DNA of 64,000 nt from a virus: positions 64,001 to 128,000 of the IMG/VR virus record IMGVR_UViG_3300027712_001108. One strand, 5' to 3'. The notes below the pieces were generated by a model. It had not been told where the DNA came from, made no database searches, and saw nothing but the letters and a program-made list of their open reading frames with translations. How positions within the stretch are numbered: the stretch's first letter is position 1; the number at the start of each line of letters is the position of its first letter. Both the position numbers and the translations under genes were made by a program. This document shows positions 17,394 to 26,612 of this stretch, one piece after another.

Positions 17394-17696
17394 ATGAACG
17401 CAAAGGAACACGCAATTGGGATGTCTTACCACGAACTAGATACGTATATCCGTTCCAACACAGATCGCTACAGACTGTATGATTGGCAACAGATAGAACA
17501 GATGCGTAATGATCTAGCTGCATACGGCAGTGAATTAAGTTCACTCAGCCTTAGAAGAGCGCAAGACAGTGAACTTGTTGATGCTGTAATCAAATTACGA
17601 CAGGAATTACGCGACGAGAAGAACTATGCGTTAAGTGATAGATTGCGTGATATACTAACAGCATCGGATTATAATATAGCCGATGTTAAGAAATAA
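17394..17696 (+). CDS. Protein with CysRS C-terminal-like helical domain
   Basis: LRQELRDEKNYALSDRLRDIL resembles CysRS R..AR..KDW..AD.IRD.L. Confidence 0.6.
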   Translation: MNAKEHAIGMSYHELDTYIRSNTDRYRLYDWQQIEQMRNDLAAYGSELSSLSLRRAQDSELVDAVIKLRQELRDEKNYALSDRLRDILTASDYNIADVKK

Positions 17697-17698
17697 AA

Positions 17699-17902
17699 TT
17701 ACATTCCAAGCAGTGTTTTTATCATTGGCAGAAGATGATCTAGCACAGTAAGAGTCACTACCATGGCAATAACTGAAATGGATATCCAGTTTTTACGTCG
17801 ACTGTCGCTTATCAGCGTAAAGGCAACCATTTCGTTGCCTAGCAAACGGAATACCATTTCTAAACGCTCCGGTGGTTCCGGTGGTGTAAAATTTTCATTC
17901 AT
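17699..17902 (-). CDS. Small membrane protein
   Basis: AAAGG SD, C-terminal TM segment. Confidence 0.6.
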   Translation of the reverse strand: MNENFTPPEPPERLEMVFRLLGNEMVAFTLISDSRRKNWISISVIAMVVTLTVLDHLLPMIKTLLGM

Positions 17903-17931
17903 AGCTATTCCTTTTGAATATTTATGAATAT

Positions 17932-18007
17932 CCCTAGATAGCTCAGTTGGTAGAGCACGTGCCTGAAGAGCATGGTGTCGGCGGTTCGAGTCCGTCTCTA
18001 GGGGCCA
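17932..18007 (+). tRNA. tRNA-Phe(GAA)
   Basis: Loop CTGAAGA; G73. Confidence 0.9.
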
Positions 18008-18056
18008 ATTACAATTTTTATGAAAACAATTGCATTTTCTTAAAAATATAATAAAT

Positions 18057-18107
18057 CTGTTATCGTTTTTACATAAAACTGTTACATTAATACCACATAC
18101 TTGTAAT
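18057..18107 (+). promoter_or_regulatory. Pho-box-like direct repeats
   Basis: CTGTTAT, TTTACAT, CTGTTAC and TTGTAAT in 11-nt register upstream of pstS. Confidence 0.6.
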
Positions 18108-18145
18108 GAAGGGAAGGCCTTCATTGCCATGTATAGGGGAATTTA

Positions 18146-19135
18146 ATGAAAATATTAGCACTAAGCGTTGCGCTTACACTAGCAGCATTCACGACTGCGT
18201 CTGCCAAAGACGTTGTACAATTAACAGGAAGTTCTACAGTTTTGCCATTTGCCACAATTGCTGCTGAAGCATTTGGTGAAAATTACAAATTTGGCACGCC
18301 AATTGTTGAAGGTGGTGGTACTGGTGCAGGTATTGCAAAGTTTTGTGAAACTGATGATGCCGAATCAGTTGATATTGCTGATGCATCACGCAAGATGAAG
18401 TCAGGCGAATTGTCGCTGTGCCACAAGAACGGTGTTAGTAAAGTTCTTGAAGTGCGTATTGGCTATGATGGTATCGTATTTGCATCTGCTGCAAGCGGGC
18501 CAGAGTTTGCCTTTACTCCCAGTGACTGGTTCAAGGCACTGGCTGCTGAAGTTGACATAGACGGCAAGCTAGTACCCAATCCCTATACCAAGTGGAACCA
18601 AGTTGACCCCAAGTTGCCCGACCAAGAGATTTTGGTATTCATCCCAGGTACCAAACACGGCACACGCGAAGTATTTGACCAAAAGGTCGTCACCAAAGGT
18701 TGCACAGTATTCAAATCTGACAAACTGTTCAAAGCCCGCGATGGCAAGGCAGATGGTTGTACTGTACTGCGTAAAGATGGTCGTGCTGTGGAGATTGACG
18801 GCGACTACACCGAAACTCTAAAGCGTCTCGAAGCCAACCCAACATCTATGGGTGTATTCGGCTTGTCGTTCTATGAGAACAATACTGACAAACTGCGTGT
18901 GGCTACCTTCCAGGGTGTGGTTCCTAATAAAGAAACCATTGCTGCTGGCAAGTATGCAGTATCACGTCCGCTGTTCATGTATGTTAAGACACAACATTTT
19001 GGTACTACTCCTGGTTTGAAAGAGTTTGTACAATACGTTGTATCTGACGAACTGGCTGGCCCAAATGGCGTTATGGTAGAAGCTGGGCTTGTAGCTGATC
19101 CCAAGCTAGCAGAGACTCAAGCAAAAGTTAAGTGA
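18146..19135 (+). CDS. pstS: Phosphate ABC transporter substrate-binding protein
   Basis: Signal peptide, GSSTVLPF, GGTGAG, DIADASR and SRPLFMYV motifs. Confidence 0.9.
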   Translation: MKILALSVALTLAAFTTASAKDVVQLTGSSTVLPFATIAAEAFGENYKFGTPIVEGGGTGAGIAKFCETDDAESVDIADASRKMKSGELSLCHKNGVSKVLEVRIGYDGIVFASAASGPEFAFTPSDWFKALAAEVDIDGKLVPNPYTKWNQVDPKLPDQEILVFIPGTKHGTREVFDQKVVTKGCTVFKSDKLFKARDGKADGCTVLRKDGRAVEIDGDYTETLKRLEANPTSMGVFGLSFYENNTDKLRVATFQGVVPNKETIAAGKYAVSRPLFMYVKTQHFGTTPGLKEFVQYVVSDELAGPNGVMVEAGLVADPKLAETQAKVK

Positions 19136-19260
19136 TTGACCAACGGATGGTGCTCTACACAGGGCACCATCAACTACAATAAAATAGCCAAACAGTATTG
19201 ACATATACTACACAATAGTATACTTACTGTGTTACAGATACACACAGTTGGAGATATACG

Positions 19261-19593
19261 ATGCCTTGCAGCGATGGCGGATACAGCGACGAAGTTCGTG
19301 TTAGCCGAGATGAAGTTCAAGAACATACAATGTTGGAAGCTGCCATGTGCGGTATACTTACCGTGCTTGCAAAAAATGATTCTAATAACGACTTGGATTA
19401 TTTTTTCAAGAATGTCGATTGGAAAGAAGCTGGAGTCAAACGTAAGACACTTGAGATGTGGTGGCGTAAGCACAAGAAGCAAGATGAAGAACGTCGTGCT
19501 CGCGAAGCTGCTGCCCGCAACAAAGAACAACTCAAAGCCAGTGCAATCAACAAACTCACTGCGGAAGAACGTGCTGCACTGGGACTTTTGTAA
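19261..19593 (+). CDS. Hypothetical protein
   Basis: GGAG SD, TTGACA promoter upstream. Confidence 0.7.
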   Translation: MPCSDGGYSDEVRVSRDEVQEHTMLEAAMCGILTVLAKNDSNNDLDYFFKNVDWKEAGVKRKTLEMWWRKHKKQDEERRAREAAARNKEQLKASAINKLTAEERAALGLL

Positions 19594-19614
19594 CAAATCA
19601 AGAAAGATAGACGC

Positions 19615-20130
19615 ATGAAATACTTGGCATTTTTAGACATAGATGGTGTTTTTACATCTGCTCGTGTACAATATGCGTCTGCAAACTCCAATGATATGTG
19701 GAACAAATTCGACCCCACTGCAATCGAGTTTATGAACAAGTTGCACGACAGAGTCAAGGATCTGCATTTTGTTTTGATTTCAACATGGAAAGAACACTTG
19801 CGCGAAGCTGATGAACAAACTGCGCATTGGATAATTGCAGCTTTTCGTAATGCAGGATTTCGCGGCGAATTTGCATCGCCGTGGAAGACCAATCCTGACA
19901 ACTTTGCTCGCTTTTATGAGAAAGGTATGACTCGCGCCAATGAGATCAAAGAATATCTAGAAGTGTATGCACCAAGTAATCAAGACTATATCATCTTTGA
20001 TGACAACGACTACGGGTTCGAAACTGTACTTGGTAAGAATCGCTGGGTGCATACCGACGGAAACAATGGTATCCTGTTGAAACACATGTACAATGCCATG
20101 AGCATTGTAGGTGAATGGGATACAAAATAA
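19615..20130 (+). CDS. HAD-family phosphatase (RNA-repair-associated type)
   Basis: FLDIDGV, ISTW and IIFDD motifs. Confidence 0.8.
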   Translation: MKYLAFLDIDGVFTSARVQYASANSNDMWNKFDPTAIEFMNKLHDRVKDLHFVLISTWKEHLREADEQTAHWIIAAFRNAGFRGEFASPWKTNPDNFARFYEKGMTRANEIKEYLEVYAPSNQDYIIFDDNDYGFETVLGKNRWVHTDGNNGILLKHMYNAMSIVGEWDTK

Positions 20131-20348
20131 AAGTATCAGGCGGTTGGCTTAGAAGCAGCCATCCTTTGAAGAGTGGAACCAAGCACCATTGGACGCCAAA
20201 GAACCTGTATCGGGCTGCAAACGATTGCAAGTGGTGTAGGAGATTGCTATATGGAAAAATGCGGATAGTAACAGAGTCCCCAGTGACTACAAAGTAGTGC
20301 AACTGTACGGCAACTGTTTTCCTTTGGCGTAGCAGCACACTGATACTT
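20131..20348 (+). ncRNA. 23S rRNA L11-binding domain (H43/H44) mimic with ~150-nt insert
   Basis: GTTGGCTTAGAAGCAGCCATC ... GCGTAGCAGCACACTG closed by AAGTATCAG/CTGATACTT. Confidence 0.75.
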
Positions 20349-20420
20349 GTTTTAAACAGTTGACAACCACAACTGAAAAGTATATAACAAACTACAATAT
20401 AAACGTTAAAAGGAAATCAA

Positions 20421-20624
20421 ATGGACGCGACTCTTTTAATTATGGGCATGGCACTGTTTGCATGGCTTAATCATTCTCTTGCTACTCAGCGTGGTCGCAA
20501 TGCTGTAGGTTGGGCAGTTGGGGGTTTAATTTTTGGACTACTGTCTACCATCTTGCTGTTGATTTTGGGTAAAACTGAAGCACGTGAAGTTGAGATTTAT
20601 AAAAAATCCAACAGCGGCCAATAA
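20421..20624 (+). CDS. Small membrane protein
   Basis: Two hydrophobic segments, AAGGA SD. Confidence 0.7.
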   Translation: MDATLLIMGMALFAWLNHSLATQRGRNAVGWAVGGLIFGLLSTILLLILGKTEAREVEIYKKSNSGQ

Positions 20625-20636
20625 CTCGATAATCGA

Positions 20637-20711
20637 CCTGACTTAGTGATAGCGGTAGCACGTCGGTCTGTGGAACCGATAGGGATGGTTCGAGCCCATC
20701 AGTCAGGACCA
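20637..20711 (+). tRNA. tRNA-His(GTG), A73, no G-1
   Basis: Loop CTGTGGA. Confidence 0.9.
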
Positions 20712-20724
20712 TAAATAAAATTAT

Positions 20725-20800
20725 AGGGGTATAGCTCAGCTGGTAGAGCGTCGGTCTCCAAAACCGAATGTCGCGGGTTCGAATCCTGCTGCCCCTGCCA
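20725..20800 (+). tRNA. tRNA-Trp(CCA)
   Basis: Loop CTCCAAA. Confidence 0.95.
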
Positions 20801-20827
20801 TATTAACACTTACACGACACAATATAT

Positions 20828-20904
20828 GGCGTAGTAGCTCAGCTGGTTAGAGCACGCGACTCATAATCGCGGGGTCGATGGTTCAAGTCCATCCTACGCC
20901 ACCA
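20828..20904 (+). tRNA. tRNA-Met(CAT), elongator-like
   Basis: Loop CTCATAA. Confidence 0.9.
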
Positions 20905-20963
20905 AACATTTTTATTGTATATCGGCTAGAGATGATATATAATAGTGTTATAAAAGAAAACGT

Positions 20964-21093
20964 TCCCTAGTAGCTCAGGGGCAGAGCAGCTGACTGGGTC
21001 CGAAAATACTGTAAAGTGGATTTGTGGAGTTCGAAACTCCTAGGACAAAATTTAATCAGCGAGTCGGTGGTTCGAAACCATCCTAGGGAGCCA
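20964..21093 (+). tRNA. tRNA-Asn(GTT)-like with a 55-nt insertion in the anticodon
   Basis: Perfect acceptor TCCCTAG/CTAGGGA-G-CCA; GCTGA-CTG[55 nt]TTAA-TCAGC. Confidence 0.75.
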
Positions 21094-21099
21094 AAAATT

Positions 21100-21300
21100 T
21101 CAGAAGGCAGCGTAGCTTGCACGGATGAGTGTACCACTGCAAACCAAACTTAACTGTTTTGAGTTTTGTATGTCGCCACATCGAGGTCGGGAGATCTATT
21201 CCCTATATGAGTTAGCCAAGGCTCACTCATACTGGACAAGAGTAGATCATAACCTTGGGAACCCGGACGCTGAAAAGGGGATGCATACCCGTGCCTTTTG
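21100..21300 (+). ncRNA. Unclassified structured RNA
   Basis: Closing helix CAGAAGGCA/TGCCTTTTG, internal hairpins, no ORF. Confidence 0.4.
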
Positions 21301-21525
21301 ATTTACCATGGTCCGGAAACGCCTCTTAACAATGCGCAACATTTATAGCAGGGATTTACCTGTGAACCCCAAGGACGCTTGGGACTACGGACATCAAGGG
21401 GTAATAAGCCCCACTTTATTAAACTATACAGTTGCTGAAATCACTTGCATTTCATACCCATAGACGTTAAATATATACAGTGCGGTAAGGTGCTGCACAA
21501 AACACACACATAGAGGAAATACACC

Positions 21526-21843
21526 ATGTCTGATTCAAATTTTGATTACCAACGCATCGCAGAAGATGTTGCAGAGAACGTTAAGAAATTGATTCCCGAA
21601 GTCAAGTTCAACAAGAACGGATATGAAATCCGCAGCGACATTCTCAAAGAAGCCAAAGACCTTATTGCACAGGACTTCCACTACAAGTGGCAAGGTTGGG
21701 AAATGAGCGCAGAACGCACTTCAACTGGACAAGTTGTTACCAGCGTTGCTATGCCTCAATTTCCTGGACTTGACAAAGTTCTTGAAGCTGCTGAAAAAAT
21801 GTACGAGTTTGTCAACAACGGCAATGTTCGTAAAAGCAAGTAA
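21526..21843 (+). CDS. Hypothetical phage protein
   Basis: GAGG SD; hairpin terminator at ~21855-21880. Confidence 0.8.
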   Translation: MSDSNFDYQRIAEDVAENVKKLIPEVKFNKNGYEIRSDILKEAKDLIAQDFHYKWQGWEMSAERTSTGQVVTSVAMPQFPGLDKVLEAAEKMYEFVNNGNVRKSK

Positions 21844-21894
21844 CTGCTAACATTTGTGGTGGGATTAGTCCCACCACAATTGACACTTTATTAT

Positions 21895-21971
<77 letters not shown>

Positions 21972-22006
21972 TAAAGTGCCAATTAACGTGGTATAAATAA
22001 CAGCAT

Positions 22007-22080
22007 GCGGGTGTTGTGTAATGGTAAGACCTTAGCCTTCCAAGCTAAAGACACGGGTTCGATTCCCGTCACCCGCTCCA
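22007..22080 (+). tRNA. tRNA-Gly(TCC)
   Basis: Loop CTTCCAA, U73. Confidence 0.95.
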
Positions 22081-22093
22081 AAAACAAAGCAAC

Positions 22094-22771
22094 ATGTTCA
22101 CATATCAACACATACGCAATGAAATAAAACAACTGTGCAAGTCGCGTCCAGCAGCTATGATACCGTCGTGGGTACTGGACTATATGATGAAACATATAGT
22201 TGTTTTGCCGCCTGGCAGCATTGTGGTAGAATTGGGTACCTTTGTCGGTGGTACAACAGTGCTTATGGCTGATGCAAATCCCACAGTGATCGTACACACC
22301 TACGATATCAACCAGTTTGACAAATATGAAGACAGCGCAATGTTGCAACACATGCGCGACATATACGAATTACCATTGTTACAGGCCACTGACATTATTG
22401 AAATGCAACGCTTGCATTTAGAAGACTATGATAATATAGTGATGCATGTCGATGATACAACTAACATTGCAGAAACTGATATCGCAGTTGCACTGGTAGA
22501 TGATAACAGAGACGAAGCTGCATTACTCAATGTATTACAACAGTTGTGGCCTAAAATGGCACAAGGCGGAGTTGTACTGGGAGACGATATAGACTCGCCG
22601 GAAATATACAATGCGTTTGCTAAATTTGCAAAACTTCAAAATATAGAGTTGACAATCTATAGCAAATGCGTTAAATTAGTTAAAACAAACAACGTGTTCG
22701 ATAACAGACAGTTTGACTTTAAAGATACACTACTACACAAACCACACATAGAAGATTGCGAAAAAATATGA
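22094..22771 (+). CDS. Class I SAM-dependent methyltransferase
   Basis: VVELGTFVGG and GGVVLGDD motifs. Confidence 0.8.
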   Translation: MFTYQHIRNEIKQLCKSRPAAMIPSWVLDYMMKHIVVLPPGSIVVELGTFVGGTTVLMADANPTVIVHTYDINQFDKYEDSAMLQHMRDIYELPLLQATDIIEMQRLHLEDYDNIVMHVDDTTNIAETDIAVALVDDNRDEAALLNVLQQLWPKMAQGGVVLGDDIDSPEIYNAFAKFAKLQNIELTIYSKCVKLVKTNNVFDNRQFDFKDTLLHKPHIEDCEKI

Positions 22772-22888
22772 AAAAAGCCATTAACAAAGCAAACGAACAC
22801 AAGCAAATGCTTATGTTGCGACGTGGTTTGGTAGGACGTAAGACACGCAAGCAAAAGCGAATGGCGCCTGCTGCTGGTTAAAGAATTT

Positions 22889-22962
22889 GGGCTGTTGGTA
22901 TAGTGGGAACACAGTAGCTTTGCAAGCTTCAGTCACCGGTTCGACCCCGGTACGGTCCACCA
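22889..22962 (+). tRNA. tRNA-Ala(TGC)
   Basis: Loop TTTGCAA, G3.U70. Confidence 0.9.
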
Positions 22963-23014
22963 AATTAGAATTCGATGGTAGACTTGATAAATAAAATTAA
23001 AGGAGTCTACCAGC

Positions 23015-23461
23015 ATGCCGAGCGGAGTTAAAGGAACTGGTGCAAGTTATAAAACTTATAAATGTTTGTATTGCAGTAAAGATCAAAAATGTGGTAACAG
23101 TAAAGTAAACAAATACTGTGATAATAAATGTAAGGCAGCATATGAATATATCTACAAGTACATACCACTTGTTGAAAGCGGTCAATGTGCAGCCGGTAGT
23201 AATCCTTTAAGACGATATATTTTAGAAAGAGATAATCACACTTGTACTGAATGCGCCTGCGGAGACGAACACAATGGAAAACCATTAACGCTGCATATAG
23301 ATCATATTGACGGTGATAGCGATAATAACTTTCCAAAAAACTTAAGAACACTATGCCCGAATTGCCATAGTCAAACAGATACATTTGGCAATGCAGGTAG
23401 CGGAAATAGATACAAGAAGACTGCAAAACGAAACTTGTATTTACAACAATATAAATCCTAA
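23015..23461 (+). CDS. HNH homing endonuclease
   Basis: LHIDHIDGDSDNN..NLRTLCPNCH motif. Confidence 0.9.
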   Translation: MPSGVKGTGASYKTYKCLYCSKDQKCGNSKVNKYCDNKCKAAYEYIYKYIPLVESGQCAAGSNPLRRYILERDNHTCTECACGDEHNGKPLTLHIDHIDGDSDNNFPKNLRTLCPNCHSQTDTFGNAGSGNRYKKTAKRNLYLQQYKS

Positions 23462-23462
23462 T

Positions 23463-23537
23463 GCGGAATTAGCTCAGTGGTAGAGCGTTTGGTTTACATC
23501 CAAGATGTCGGGGGTTCGAACCCCTCATTCCGCACCA
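23463..23537 (+). tRNA. tRNA-Val(TAC)
   Basis: Loop TTTACAT. Confidence 0.95.
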
Positions 23538-23907
23538 TATAACTGCCTATGCTATAGAATATGCGCCGAGCGTCAACTCTATCTAGGGAAGAAGCGCGAT
23601 GTATGTCATAGAAAACTTAAACTACCGCTTGAACTATAGAGCATATGTAGTATATAATATAATACTACCACATATTTGCATATGCCATAGATAAAGCAAA
23701 CAAACGGTGTTCAACACGATAGAGTGATCCCACTGAGGGGACAACATGGTGAGAACAATACTACTAGACTATTGCCGATGTTATAGAATGAGACGGTTGC
23801 AGATACCAGTTTCGTCATGATAAGGCAACACTAACCTGCTTAGACTATAGAATTTTTTGTTTACTACATCCAAAAAATCATAGTCAACGCAGCATAACTA
23901 ATAGAAT

Positions 23908-23983
<76 letters not shown>

Positions 23984-24004
23984 TTTAACATGGATTATAG
24001 TTAA

Positions 24005-24715
24005 TTGGATTTAGAATTTATACCAGTTTTATATACTCCGGGACATTTTGGTACTTGGATTTGTTGGTTAATAAATCAACATTTGAGATTTCCAAAATAT
24101 GAATCTAGTCCTAAAAATCGAGATAGTCGAGACGTAATAATTGCAGCAGATATAGGATCAATTGAATCTAACTTTTATTGCTACAATTTATCTGACTGGG
24201 ATGCATATTACGCAGATGTCATACATCCAATAGCCGCAAATAACAAAAATCTAAATAAGTTTTCATTTAAATTCCATCCCAGTCACAATTTTAGAAAAGA
24301 CGATAAATCGTTAGATGTAGATGGCATTAATAAAATATTTTCATATATAGGTGTGAAGAAAACTGTTATCACATTTGTAGATAATACCTTAGTAAACGAA
24401 ATAAAAAAACGTTGGGAATATTTAGAAGACTACGAGTATGGTGCAGCTGATGCAGAAATGTTATATCAATGGCAACTTGCTAATATTCCAAATTACAATA
24501 AAATAAATGCAGATTATTTGTTATTAGATGCTGGTAAAATGTTATTGGGATCCGCGGAAGAATACAAAAAATTAACAGACTTTATTGATGAACCACCATT
24601 GGATAATTTTAAAGAACTAAGCAAGTTGCATTACGACTTTTCATTTTATTTTATGAATAGTATTAATAAAATTGCCATGGAGTTAAAAAACTATAATTAC
24701 AAAGTCGGAGTGTAG
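24005..24715 (+). CDS. AT-rich hypothetical protein
   Basis: YTPGHFGTWI motif; stop lies inside tRNA-Pro. Confidence 0.7.
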   Translation: MDLEFIPVLYTPGHFGTWICWLINQHLRFPKYESSPKNRDSRDVIIAADIGSIESNFYCYNLSDWDAYYADVIHPIAANNKNLNKFSFKFHPSHNFRKDDKSLDVDGINKIFSYIGVKKTVITFVDNTLVNEIKKRWEYLEDYEYGAADAEMLYQWQLANIPNYNKINADYLLLDAGKMLLGSAEEYKKLTDFIDEPPLDNFKELSKLHYDFSFYFMNSINKIAMELKNYNYKVGV

Positions 24716-24782
24716 CGCAGCCTGGTAGCGCAACTGCTTTGGGAGCAGTGGGTCGGGAGTTCGAATCTCTCCACTCCGACCA
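24706..24782 (+). tRNA. tRNA-Pro(TGG), second copy
   Basis: Loop TTTGGGA. Confidence 0.95.
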
Positions 24783-24808
24783 TTTTATCACGGGACGTTT
24801 AAACTTTT

Positions 24809-25978
24809 ATGACATCAGATCCCATTGACTGTTTTTACGCTAAAAATCATGCATTGGTATGGAGTAATGGATCTATTGCGCCTTGTTGCAATTACAAGGA
24901 TGGCGAAGATCCTATCGGCAATTATACCAACGTGTTTGAGTTTTTTAACAGCCCTGAAATGGCGCAGTTACGAGAAGATCACGCCAATGGTGTCAAACGT
25001 CAAGGTTGCCGTAAATGTTGGTCAGTTGAAGATATTGGCGGTACTAGCTATAGAAAACCCAGCAATCCCGATCACACAGGACAACTAAAAGGTTTAGATA
25101 TCGCCCTTGGTAGAACCTGCACATTGAAATGCAGAACCTGCGGTGCATTTGCTAGCAGTGCATGGGAAAGCGAATTAAAGTCGCGTGGTATACATAAGGA
25201 TTGGGGTAAACTTACCAGTGATGAAATACCAACGGCGGCATACGATCACATTGAGCAGTTAGACATCCAGGGCGGCGAACCGTTTCTCGATAAAAGACTA
25301 CCAGGCATATTAAATCATCTGCATACAAATGGTATCAGTAAGAATGTAAACTTGACTATTATCACCAATTTAGAATGGTTTCCAGACCAACGATTTACTG
25401 AACCGTTGAAACGATTTAAAAATCTACTAATCAAAATCAGTATTGATGGTGTGGGTACTAGAAACGAATATATGCGCAGTGGCAGTACGTGGGCAAACAC
25501 AATTAATACTGTTGAAAAATGGGGTCAGTTCAAACACAGTAAACCAGATAGCAATATAAAAATAGTAATCAGTCACACTATAAGCACTTTTAACTTTTTG
25601 TATTACGATGAAATGGTAGAAGAAACTGGTAAACTACGCACTTTACAGGGACTTGAAGATTTAGAACTCTGGGCGCATTATGCATTAGAGAATGAATGGC
25701 ATAATTGTTTCCTATTGCCAGATTCTCTTAAAGAAGAAGCTATAGGTATATGGGAGCAAGGTACTATACAGCCGTGGGAATATCAAACTTTTCGACATAA
25801 TACAGTAAGTATGCTATCTCAAGCGAGACCTATCCCACCGTTGCCGTTTGATAAATGGTGGTATAACAATGCCGAAATGGATAATATCAGAGGTCAGTCA
25901 ATACAAGATGCGCTGCCGGAATTAGTAAGCATGTTTGAAAAACACGGGCTCTTTTATAAAGATCAATGGACTAGGTAA
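24809..25978 (+). CDS. Radical SAM protein with twitch/SPASM-like cluster
   Basis: CTLKCRTC, GGEP and ISIDG motifs. Confidence 0.9.
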   Translation: MTSDPIDCFYAKNHALVWSNGSIAPCCNYKDGEDPIGNYTNVFEFFNSPEMAQLREDHANGVKRQGCRKCWSVEDIGGTSYRKPSNPDHTGQLKGLDIALGRTCTLKCRTCGAFASSAWESELKSRGIHKDWGKLTSDEIPTAAYDHIEQLDIQGGEPFLDKRLPGILNHLHTNGISKNVNLTIITNLEWFPDQRFTEPLKRFKNLLIKISIDGVGTRNEYMRSGSTWANTINTVEKWGQFKHSKPDSNIKIVISHTISTFNFLYYDEMVEETGKLRTLQGLEDLELWAHYALENEWHNCFLLPDSLKEEAIGIWEQGTIQPWEYQTFRHNTVSMLSQARPIPPLPFDKWWYNNAEMDNIRGQSIQDALPELVSMFEKHGLFYKDQWTR

Positions 25979-26039
25979 ATATTTTAGATATAGTGCGACC
26001 GTGGTGATCGTAGTATTGCGTGTCTACCATAAATAAAGT

Positions 26040-26612
26040 ATGGAACATATCTGTGATCTCGGCTGCGGACGTACAGCAACATATTACTCTAAATGGACAA
26101 AACGTTATAGATGCGAGGCTAAGTCGCAGCAGTGTCCTGCTGTTAAAAATAAAAATATAACAAAATGTAAACAAGCACACGCAGACGGCAGGCACGGTTA
26201 TACTCATAATTCTAAATCTGCATGGTCAAAAGGTTTAACAAAAGAAACAAGCATAGCAGTTGCTAGAATATCAGTGCTTAATAGCCGTCCTCGTAAAGAT
26301 GAAACTGCAAGGCTTGCAAAAAACCGTTATCGAGAACAATGTAGATTCAAGTTAACAACCGCAGATCTAACTAAAATACCCGGCTATGAATTATTAGCAA
26401 TACACGGACAATATTGTAAACATACTAATCCAAACGGAGTAGTTAAAGATCACAGATTGTCGGTACACGAAGCATATAATTTAGGGTTAGATACAACATT
26501 AGTAAGTCATCCTGCTAATTGTGAATTTATGTTACACAAGAAAAATGCTGCAAAGACACTAAAATCGTCTATTACAGTAGAAGAACTAATTGCGACCGTG
26601 GCGAAATGGTAG
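26040..26612 (+). CDS. Putative homing endonuclease (Zn module plus DH..S/HPANC nuclease-like domain)
   Basis: CDLGCG..C..C N-terminus; KDHRLSV..HPANC; own late promoter. Confidence 0.7.
   Translation: MEHICDLGCGRTATYYSKWTKRYRCEAKSQQCPAVKNKNITKCKQAHADGRHGYTHNSKSAWSKGLTKETSIAVARISVLNSRPRKDETARLAKNRYREQCRFKLTTADLTKIPGYELLAIHGQYCKHTNPNGVVKDHRLSVHEAYNLGLDTTLVSHPANCEFMLHKKNAAKTLKSSITVEELIATVAKW

Noticed and set aside
20131-20348. A real rRNA operon or host contamination
   Set aside because: Only the H43/H44 domain is present, split by an insert and flanked by phage genes; no other 16S/23S sequence was recognised.
20991-21050. Hammerhead ribozyme or group I intron in tRNA-Asn
   Set aside because: The CTGA..GAAA spacing does not fit the CUGANGA core, and 55 nt is too short for a group I core.
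23682-23834. Second ATG-NNN-TAG amber-gated ORF (ATG CCA TAG...)
   Set aside because: No SD, a second TAG follows, and the product is short and unrecognisable; likely chance.
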